From the NCBI GenBank assembly GCA_028826165.1, contig JAPDFW010000080.1, positions 124,001 through 188,000 on the forward strand: 64,000 bases of DNA, in the 5' to 3' direction. Shown here piece by piece: positions 51,101-61,691 of this stretch. The first letter of the stretch is position 1. Each line of letters begins with the position of its first letter. The DNA is from Anaeramoeba ignava BMAN (Eukaryota > Protista > Anaeramoebae). The notes beneath the pieces were generated by a model. That model was not told the origin of the DNA, did no database searches, and was given only the letters and a program-made list of their open reading frames with translations. The translations under genes were made by a program, and so were the position numbers.

Positions 51101-54100
51101 ACATTTTTTTCAATATCACAAACTTTTGATGGAACCCCTGAAATTGTTTTAAAAGTAAATGATTGACTCCAATCAGAAAAACCACTTTCATTCGCAGCAC
51201 GAACACGGATTGTATGTTCGGATCCTTGTGACAAGCCTGAAAACAAAGAAGAATTAATAGAAGATTGGAGAACTTTTCCGTCAAATTCAACTTCATATAA
51301 TTTAATTTGAGATCCTTTATTTGTTGGCGGATCCCAATCAAACTGGAGACTTTGAGGAAAGGGGGTGCATCGAATGGGATTTACTGGATAAGGTGGTTCG
51401 TCAACGACGAATATGTCTTTGGGCTTTGACCATTGACCGAATGCAGAAGGATTATCTGATTTTGCGCGGATTCTGATGGAATGATTTCCGGGAGATAATG
51501 TCCCTAATTCCTTGCGTGGATTTTTCACTTCATCGATTATTTTCCCATCAACTTCAACTTGGTAGCTTGAGACCGTTATTCCCCCTGTTTCGGGTACGGC
51601 CCAGCTCACCTCAAACCCTTCCTTTGTTGGCGAAACCTCGATTCCTTCCACTATTCCTGGAGCATCTGCATCTGTTTTGAATGTTTGCTCTTCGCTCCAT
51701 TCTCCATATCCAAGCGCGTTTTTTGCACGCACTCTCACACGGAATTCAGTTCCGCCAGGAAGATCCCCAATTTGTGTAAAAGGGGTTTGTGTTTCTTGAG
51801 AAATTTTTCCGTTGATTTCAATTTGATATCCTTCAATTCGGATATTTTTTTCATTTTGCGGCTCCTTCCAATCCAAATTTAATTCGTGTTGTTTCGCAAA
51901 ACAATTGATTTCTTTGATTTGATTTGGAGCGGTTCCTTCTGTTGTTATGTGAATAAAATCGCTCCATTCTCCATAACCTACTTGGTTTTTGGCGCGAACT
52001 TGAATATGATAAATTTCATTGGGAATCAATTTGTCTAAAACTATTGATGGGTTGGTGCATTTTATCTGATAAGGTTCTTTACCAGGAGCATATACTTGTA
52101 CTTCATACCCCTCTATTGAGGATCCTCGATTATCGGGAACATCCCATGCTAATCCGAGTGTTGTTGATTTTTTTTCGGCACATTTTAAATTTTTAATTTT
52201 TTCAGGAACTAATTTTTTTTTTAAAGAAATTTTATATAATTTTTATATAATCTTCTTTTTAACTTTTTTTTTCTTTTGGAATAATTTACCTTCCTTCTTT
52301 TCTTCTGGCTTTTTTTTTTTGTTAGAATTTTTAAAAAATAAAAAATTTTTTTCATTATTTTTTTTCATCCAATTTAAATATCTAAAAAAAACTAATAAAT
52401 GAGCATATATAACATACATTAAGTTGTTCATAATTTTTAAAATATGAGAGATATGTTATCACAGAAAGTTTATCAGGTTCTATCAGCATATCTGCAGGAT
52501 CAAGTAGTTGAGGGATATTTAAAACTTCATTTGCTTTTTGGAATGCAAGTTCAAGAATTTTTTCTGGTTGTGACTTAAATAAAGCAATAAAAAAAATGGA
52601 AATATATTTTGTGAATTTAGTTGATGATTTAAAAGTGAAAAAAAATTTTTTTTCAAAAATACTTTATCAAGTTCACTAATATTAATAGTTCCTGGTTTTA
52701 ATTTATTTATTAATTCACATAATGCTATTCCATCTTTAAGACTATAATTTTAATAATTTTAATAATTTTAATAATTTTTATAATTTTAATAATTTTAATA
52801 ATTTTAATAATTTTAATAATTTTTATAATTTTAATAATTTTAATAATTTTTATAAAAGAAATTGATACCTTGTTGTTAAGCTATCAATTCTAATTCCAGT
52901 GGATTCAAGTTTATTTCTTAACCAATCAAGAAGTATATCTTGAATTGATTTTGTTTTTTCATCATTTTCCGAAGAAATATGATATCTACGAATTAAAATC
53001 CAAATCAATCCAAGTGTTATCTTTAAATTTTGATCAACAAGATCTTTAAAATTATTTTAATTTTAATTTTAATTTTAATTTTAAATTTATAAATGAATTT
53101 TAATTTTAATTTTAATTTTATAAATGAATTTTAATTTTAATTTTAATTTTATAAATGAATTTTAATTTTAATTTTAATTTTAATTTTAATTTTAATTTTA
53201 ATTTTAATTTTAATTTTAATTTTAATTTTAATTTTAATTTTATAAATGAATTTTAGTTTTAATTTTAATTTTAATTTTAATTTTAATTTTATAAATGAAT
53301 TTTAATTTTAAATTCAATTTTAATTACCTTGACTTCCTATATTTACTAATTCCATCGAATTTTTTGGTTTTACTTCTTCTATAAAATTTAATGCAATATT
53401 GCAATTAGAAATTTTTTGAATTTTTAAACTTGGTTTTTGTGCTATTTTTTGTCTGCAATTTTTTCCGGAAAGTAATTCTACTAAATGAAGAAGACGAACT
53501 CCATCAGAAAAATCTCTTCTTATATTATTAATTGATAAACTTCTTTTTTTTAGATAAGTATTACACCATCTTGTAAAGGTCTTGAATTTTAAGTTGAATT
53601 AAAATTAAAATTGAAATTAAAATTGAATTTAAAATTAAAATTAAAATTGAAATTGAAATTAAATTTTAATTTAAAATTGAAATTGAAATTGAAATTGAAA
53701 TTAAAATTGAATTTAAAATTGAATTTAAAATTGAATTTAAAATTGAAATTAAAATTGAAATTAAAATTGAATTTAAAATTGAAATTGAAATTAAAATTGA
53801 AATTAAAATTGAAATTAAAATTGAAATTAAAATTAAAATTAAAATTGGAATTAAAATTGAATTTGAAATTGAAATTAAAATTGAATTTAAAATTGAATTT
53901 AAAATTGAAATTAAAATTAAAATTGAATTTGAAATTGAATTTAAAATTAAAATTTGAATTTAAAATTGAATTTGAAATTGAATTTAAAATTAAAATTTGA
54001 ATTTAAAATTGAAATTTGAAATTGAAATTTGAAATTGAAATTGAAATTGAATTTGAAATTGAAATTGAATTTGAAATTGAAATTGAAATTAAAATTGAAA

Positions 54101-54670
54101 TTAAAATTGAAATTAAAATTGAAATTGAAATTAAAATTAAAATTAAAATTTAAATTAAAATTGAAATTAAAATTGAAATTGAATTTGAAATTGAAATTAA
54201 AATTAAAATTAAAATTGAATTTGAATTTGAAATTGAAATTGGAATTGAAATTAAAATTAAAATTGAATTTGAAATTAAAATTAAAATTAAAATTTAATTT
54301 GAATTTAAAATTGAATTTGAATTTAAAATTAAATTTGAATTTAAAATTTGAATTTGAAATTGAATTTAAAATTGAAATTGAATGGAATTTTAATTTTGGA
54401 TTGTTGATAGAAATGTATCATTTTTTAAAACATTTTCTTGTAAAAAGTTTTGTAAATGTAAAATTAAATAAAATTCTTTTTTTTTTAAAAAAAACTTGTG
54501 AAAAAAATAAATTAAGAACAAACACAAAGCTTCATAAATTAACGATTTTAATTGATCAAAAAAAAAAACAAAAATTCAAAAAAAAAAAAATTACAACGTT
54601 TTACTTTCATTTGAGTTCTAATCCATTGAGGAAGTTTATTTTCATCTTGAACATCATAAATATCTGTCAT
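48167..54670 (-). CDS. CH-CH actin-binding domain + 9 x FN3 + GAR (GAS2) domain + basic tail; 9 exons
   Basis: ATG 54670. ABD: WIRTQMK|TFTRWCNTYL..DFSDGVRLLHLVELLSG..NCNIALNFI..LVNIGSQ|DLVDQNLKITLGLIWILI..LLDWL..SLKDGIALC.LI..IPQLLDPADM..PDKLSVITYLS. A 19-nt exon lies at 52308-52290. FN3 exon is 52208-49755. GAR: YIFGTRKISLRILEG|FVVVRVGGGFMKFEDFVKK (exons 49665-49474, 48834-48167). Confidence 0.88.
48870..49440. repeat. GAATTATTTTT(T)n array in the intron splitting the GAR domain
   Basis: Direct degenerate repeat. Confidence 0.85.
53590..54380. repeat. (AAATT[G/A])n hexamer array in intron 1 of the CH-FN3-GAR gene
   Basis: Direct repeat that gives the spurious KL-repeat ORFs. Confidence 0.9.
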
Positions 54671-54994
54671 TTGTATTTTTTGTGTTTTTTGTATTGTTTT
54701 TTGCATTATTTTTTGTAATTAGAAAAAAATTGAAATGATAATAATAATAATAAAAATAAAAATAAAAAAGAAAAAAGAAAAAGGAAAAATTAAAAAAAAA
54801 AAAATAAGAAAAAATAAAGATTGTTTTCTCAAGATCATTTTTTATTTTTGATTTTTTATTTTTTCCTTTTCATTTTTTTCTTTTTTTCTTTATTCTTTAT
54901 CTTTTTTTTTTTAAAGAAATCAAATCAAATTTCAATTTAAAATCAAATTAAAATCAAATTAAAATTAAATAAAATTAAAATTAAAATTAAAAAA

Positions 54995-57894
54995 ATGGGT
55001 GCAAATTCAACAAAAAAACTTAACGAAAAAAAATTTCAAATTCTTAACGTTATTGGAAAAGGGAGTTTTGGGACAGTTTACTTAGTGAAGCAAAAAGGAA
55101 CGAAAAAATATTTTGCGATGAAAGTATTGGAAAAAAAACGGATATTAGAAAAAAACCAAGTGAAACATTTGCAGGCAGAACGTAACGTTCATAAACAATT
55201 AAACAACCCATTTATAGCGTCACTTGTTTGCTCATTTCAAAATGAATCTCAATTGTTTATGGTTATTGAGTTTGTAAATGGTGGTGAAATTTATTACCAT
55301 TTGGATCGTGAACAAGTTTTTTCTCAAAGTCGTGTTAAGCTTTATGCTGCTGAGATCATTCTTGCTTTAGAACATATTCATTCAAAAAAAATTGTTTATC
55401 GGTTTGTTACTTTTTTTTCTCTAATTTTTTTTTGTCTTTTTTTTCTTATTTTTTCTTGTTTGCTTTTCTTTTTTTTTTTAGTGATTTAAAACCAGAAAAT
55501 ATTTTATTAGATTCAGAAGGTAATTTGCGTTAAAAAATACCAAAAACAACAAAAATTTCTGAAAGAAATTTAAAAAGGAATTTAAAAAGAAATTTAAAAA
55601 GAAATTTAAAAAGGAATTTCTGAAAGAAATTTATAAACAAATTTATAAACAAATTTATAAAGAAATTTATAAAGAAATTTATAAAGAAATTTATAAAGAA
55701 ATTTATAAACAAATTTATAATCAAATTTATAATCAAATCTATAAAGAAATTTATAAAGAAATTTATAAAGAAATTTATAAACAAATTTATAAACAAATTT
55801 ATAATCAAATTTATAATCAAATTTATAATCAAATTTATAATCAAATTTATAATCAAATTTATAATCAAATTTCTAAATAAATTTATAAAGAAATTTATAA
55901 ACAAATTTATAAAGAAATTTATAATCAAATTTAAAAACAAATTTATAAAGAAATTTATAAAGAAATTTAAAAACAAATTTATAAAGAAATTTATAAACAA
56001 ATTTATAATCAAATTTATAATCAAATTTATAAACAAATTTATAATAAAATTTATAAACAAATTTATAAACAAATTTATAAACAAATTTATAATCAAATTT
56101 ATAATCAAATTTATAATCAAATTTAAAAAGAAATTTAAAAAGAAATTCATAATGAAATTTTATAAACAAATTCATAAACAAATTTATAAACAAATTCATA
56201 AACAAATTTATAAACAAATTCATAAACAAATTTATAAAGAAATTTATAATGAAATTTTATTATAAATTTATAATCAAATTTATAATAAAATTTATAATTA
56301 AATTTATAATAAAATTTATAATTAAATTTATAATAAAATTTATAATAAAATTTATAAACAAATTTATAATCAAATTTATAATCAAATTTATAATCAAATT
56401 TATAAAGAAATTTATAAACAAATTTATAATTAAGTTTATAAAGAAATTTAAAAAGAAATTTATAATCAAATTTATAAATAAATTTATAAACAAATTTATA
56501 AACAAATTTATAATCAAATTTATAAAGAAATTTATAAACAAATTTATAAACAAATTTATAATCAAATTTATAATCAAATTTATAAACAAATTTATAATAA
56601 AATTTATAATCAAATTTATTCTATTTTCTTTTTTTTATAATAAATAGGTCATATTCGTTTAATTGACTTTGGATTATCTAAAATTTTACATGACGGAGAA
56701 GATGGGAAAGCTAAAACATTATGTGGAACACCAGAATATTTAGGTTTGTGAATTTAATAAAAAACAAATTATTAATGACAGCAAAGAATTGACGAAGCAA
56801 ATAAAATCAATTTTTAATCTAATTTAAAAAATCTAATTAAAAATTTAATTAAAAATTTATTTAAAAAATTCCCACTTATTTTTAATAGCTCCAGAAATTT
56901 TAACTGGTGAAGAACAACATTATGCTGTTGATTTTTGGAGTCTTGGTGTTATTATGTTTGAAATGCTTCATGGAATGGTAATTTTTCTTTTAGATCAAAA
57001 TTTTAGATCAAAACTAAAATCAAAAACTAAAATCAAAATTTAAATCAAAAATTTAAATCAAAATTTTAAATTATAAAAGCCACCTTTTTATTCAGATAAT
57101 TCTAATGATATGTATATCAAAATTTTAACTGAAGATCTTAAAATATCAGATTCTTTAGACCAATCAACTAGATATGTTCTTCAAGGTGTAATAAAAAAAA
57201 GCCATTTAATTTTATTAAATTTTATTTAATTTTATTTAAATTTTATTTAATTTTATTTAATTTTATTTAATTTTATTTTATTCAAAATTCTCATTTTTTT
57301 CTTTCTTTATTTTTTCTGTTTTGTTTTTCTGTTTTGTATTATTTAAAGTTATTGGATAGAAATCCAGCAACTAGATTAGGATTAGATAAAAAAGGAAAAC
57401 TTAATATTAAAAAACATCCTTTTTTTAGAGGAATAGATTGGGATAAAGTGTATCATAAACAATACATTCCAGAATTTATTCCAAAAGTCAATGTACAAAA
57501 TTAAAATTAAAATTAAAATTAAAATTAAAATTTAAATTAAAATTAAAATTAAAATTTAAATTAAAATTAAAATTAAAATTTAAATTAAAATTATTAAAAT
57601 TAAAATTAAAATTAAAATTAAAAATTTATTAATGATTTTTAGAATACAACTGATTTAAGTCAAATCGATCCAAAATTTACACTTGAAAAAATTGATAATC
57701 TTGAACCAAAAGAAGCTATTGAAACAGATGCATTCAAAGGATTTTCATTTATAAATGAAGAATACATATCACAAAAACCAAAGAAAAAAAGAAAAGGAGG
57801 AATTAGACTTCGAGCTTGTACAAGAGTTTCAGATGATGATGATGATGAAAAAGGAAAAGATACTGATTCAGATGAAAAAGAAAAAGAAAAATAG
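54995..57894 (+). CDS. AGC-family Ser/Thr kinase (PKB/SGK/S6K-like, no PH domain, N-myristoylation motif), 7 exons
   Basis: MGANST, GKGSFG, AMKVL, YR|[25 protein letters not shown]|[23 protein letters not shown], and the hydrophobic motif FKGFSF. Stop TAG at 57892-57894. Confidence 0.95.
55560..56620. repeat. 12-bp array (AAATTTATAA[AG/AC/TC]) filling kinase intron 2
   Basis: Direct repeat that gives the spurious INLF/IKFI ORFs. Confidence 0.92.
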
Positions 57895-58372
57895 AAATTC
57901 AAATCATATTCTCCTTTTTTTCTCTTTTCCTTTTATTTTTTTTTTCGTTGAAGATTCTTTTTGTTGATCAAATTTTATCTTCTTATTTCCTTCTTTTTAT
58001 TCTTTTTATTCTTCTTCAAATTCTAACATTCATATTCAAATATGTATACATTATTTTAAGTTGGAAAGAATTCTCCAAAAATTTTTAAAAGAAAAATTTA
58101 TCAGAAAAAAATTTTTAAAATTAAATTTAAATTCAAATTTAAAATTAAAAAAATTTATTTTAATCCACTTTTGTTTTTTTTTTTAAATAACAAATAAGAA
58201 CAAAAATTTAAACTTATTTCTTTAATCTTTAATTTTTAATTTTTTAGTTTTTAATTTTGAAAAAGATTTAAAAAGGAAATTTTATTGAAAAAGTTTTTTT
58301 CTTTCTCTTAAAAAAATGAAAAAAAAAAAAAAGAAAAGAATTTTAAACCGATAAAATTAATTAATTAATTAT

Positions 58373-61300
58373 TTAATTATTATTATTTTTTGGTTTCATT
58401 TGAGGTTTGTGATGAGGATTATTTTTTGGATAATCACGATTTCCTGAATTTGAATAATAATGATGAGAATTTGGAGGAATATATGGTTTTTGATAATTAT
58501 TTGGATAAATATTAGGATTTTGAGAATAATTGAAAGAGGGATAAAATTGATTTTGAGGATTATTTTGAAAACGAGTAATATGTTGATTTGAATAATGGAA
58601 ATGACTTGGATTTTGATGGTGATGATATTGCTGTTGATTTTGGTGAGATTCTTTTGGGTTTGGATTGGATTGCTTTGTTCTTTCTTGATTTGGTATGTTT
58701 TGCTGTAAGTTATTATCGTTTCTTGTTGAAAAATTTGTTTCATTTTTGCTTGGTTTTTGTTGATTTTGTTGGATATTTGTTGGTCTTCCAAATTGTATTT
58801 GGATTTGTTTGACAGGATTTGAATAAGAGGGTAAAACAACTGATGTGTTTGTTTTATTATTGTTTCGAATCATTGGTGTTGTTTGGGTTGATTGCGTGAT
58901 TTTCACAGATGTTTCATTGGAGTTTTCTTGAGAATTATCGGAATTTGTTTCAGATTCTGATTCGATTTCTGAATCAGATTCTGATTGTGATTTGGAGTTT
59001 TCAGACTCGCTATTTGAATCTTGTTGTGATTCCGATTGCGATTCTGATTGTACGTCTTGATTTTCATTTTCATTTTCATTTTCATTTTCATTTTCATTTT
59101 CATTTTCATTTTCATTTTCATTTTCATTTTCATTTTCATTTTCATTTTCATTTTCATTTTCATTTTCATTTTCATTTTCATTTTGATTTAAATTTTCATT
59201 TTCTTGTTTGTCTAAATTAGATTGATTTTCACTATCAATTTTATTTACGTTTTCTTGATTTTGTTTTGGAACAAATGATTTTTTTGGATCTCCTTTTCGA
59301 ATCCATTTTCTTTCCGGTTTTTTTGAGATTATTCTTGAAGGTTGTTGATTTGACTTGTTCCTGCCAAATACTGTTTTTGTTTGATTATTTGAGGTTTGTT
59401 GCTTATCAACTCGATTAAACCTACTTTTTTGAGTAGATTGTTTATTACGAGTCACCCAAACATGCTTAGATTGAGTAAATTTAGAAGAGCTTGGCTTTTG
59501 ATTTTTTGAATTTTTTAAAAGAACAAATCGTTTTAATGTTTCTTGTTGCGGTTTTGTTGAAAATTCATAGTTTTGCTTCTTTTTAGCAACATATCTCATA
59601 CGATTGCTCATATCTGTTGTAACGTTTTCCTGCTGATTTGATTTCATTTTCCATCTTGATGAGTCTTGTTTTGAGCTCTTGAATTTTTGAGGTGTTTCTT
59701 TTTCAGATTGTTTGTTTGATTCGTTTATTTTTAAAATATCGAAATTTAATCCTATTGATTTCTCAAATTTTCTTAATCTTTCTTCTACTCTTAATTGGCT
59801 TTCTTTGCTCAAAGAAATATCTCTTGGTTTTCTTTGTTTGGGTTTTGGGGAAAAGGTTTCTTTTGGTGATTCGTTAGGTGTTTCTGAGTTGTCAATGTCT
59901 TCGCTATCTTTGTTGTCAATGTCTTCTTGATTTAGATTTTCTTCTTTATCTTCAATTGAGTTTTCAGTTGTTATTTGTTCTTTGTTTTGATTTGGAGAAT
60001 TTAAATTTTCATCATTTGATTTTTTCAAGGATTTTTTTTTAGAAGTTGTAATTCTTTTCCATTGATTTCCTTCAACTAATGCAAAAATTAAAATTAAAAT
60101 TAAAATCAAAATTAAAAAATTAAATTTAAATTAAAATATAAATTAAAATTAAAATTAAAAAATTAAAATTAAAATCAAAATTAAAATTAAAATCAAAATT
60201 AAAATTAAAATATAAATATAATTATAAAAATAAAATTAAAATATGAATATAAATATAAATATAAATATAAAAATAAAAATACCAAGTAAATTTTCAAGTG
60301 CTTTATCAAAGTTTTTATTAACTTCCATATAAATATTATGTGCTAAATCAAATGGAAATCCACTATCCATCATTTCTACAAGTAAATGTATTGCCTTAAA
60401 ATCACTATTTGAAAGATTTTGTTTGAGTTTGATGATTTGTTTTTTTTCTGATTTTGAATAATTCTCTTTAAAAGAAAAAAATTTAAATTGAAAAATTGTT
60501 TTAAATTTTAGTTTTGTTTTATTTTTGTTTAATTAAATAAATTGTTTTAAATTTTGTTTTAATTTTGTTTTAATTTTATTTTTGTTTTGTTTTTGTTTGT
60601 GTTTTAGATTTTGTTTTGTTTAATTGTTTTTGTTTTTATTTTGTTTAATTAAATAAATTGTTTTAAATTTTGTTTAATTAAATAAATTGTTTTAGATTTT
60701 GTTTAATTAAATAAATTGTTTTAAATTTTGTTTAATTAAATAAATTGTTTTAGATTTTGTTTAATTAAATAAATTGTTTTAAATTTTAATTTTGTTTTTA
60801 TTTTTTGTTTAATTAAATAAATTGTTTTTATTTTTGTTTTAATTTTGTTTTAATTTTGTTTTAATTTTGTTTTTGTTATTTTTTGTTTAATTGTTTTTAA
60901 TTTTGTTTTGTTTGTGTTTTATTTGTGTTTAATTGATTTTGTTTTTGTTTTGTTTTTGTTTTAATTTTGTTTTAATTTTGTTTTATTTGTGTTTTAGATT
61001 TTGTTTTAATTTTGTTTTAAATTTTGTTTTAGATTTTGTTTTAATTTTGTTTTATTTTTGTTTTGTTTTTGTTTGTGTTTTAGATTTTGTTTTAATTTTG
61101 TTTTTGTTTTATTTGTGTTTTAGATTTTGTTTAATTGTTTTTATTTTTGTTTTAATTTTGTTTTTGTTTTGTTTTTGTTTTAATTTTGTTTTTGTTTTAT
61201 TTGTGTTTTAGATTTTGTTTAATTAAATAAATTGTTTTTATTTTTGTTTAATTAAATAAATTGTTTTTAATTTTGTTTTTGTTTTTGTTTGTGTTTTAGA

Positions 61301-61555
61301 TTTTGTTTTAATTTTGTTTTTAATTTTGTTTTTGTTTTTGTTTTTGTTTTTAATTTTAAATTTATTTTTGCTTTTGTTTTTGTTTGTGTTTTAAATTGTT
61401 TTATTTGTGTTTTAAATTTTGTTTGTGTTTTAAATTTTGTTTTGTTTTTGTTTGTGTTTTAGATTTTGTTTATATTTATTTTTGTTTTAGATTTTTTGAG
61501 AATGTGCAAATTTACTGAGAAATTCATTTAAAAAATATTCATCTTGCGTTTCCAT
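58373..61555 (-). CDS. UBA/CUE-like domain + long disordered, N/Q/P/Y/H-rich protein (UBAP2L/Lingerer/Def1-like architecture), 3 exons
   Basis: ATG 61555. Spliced AIHLLVEMMDSGFPFDLAHNIYMEVNKNFDKALENLL|VEGNQWKRITTSKKK gives UBA/CUE followed by W..(V/I)..KKK. The C-terminus is prion-like. Confidence 0.6.
60490..61490. repeat. Degenerate T/G-rich array (TTTTG / TTTAATTTTG) filling intron 1 of the UBA/CUE gene
   Basis: Direct low-complexity repeat. Confidence 0.85.
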
Positions 61556-61691
61556 TATTAAAAAAAAGAAAGGAAAAAAATGAAAAAAAATGAAAAAAAA
61601 ATTTTTTTCTTTTTAATTAAATTTTTTGTTGTTTTTTGTTTGAAAGAAAAAATAAAAGGAAAAAAAAGAGGAAAAAAATTGGGAAGAAAAA

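Noticed and set aside
49714-52029. Titin-like or cell-surface FN3 protein as a stand-alone gene
   Set aside because: There is no ATG/Inr, signal peptide or TM segment at the ORF start, and it has phase-compatible splice sites to the CH exons upstream and the GAR exons downstream.
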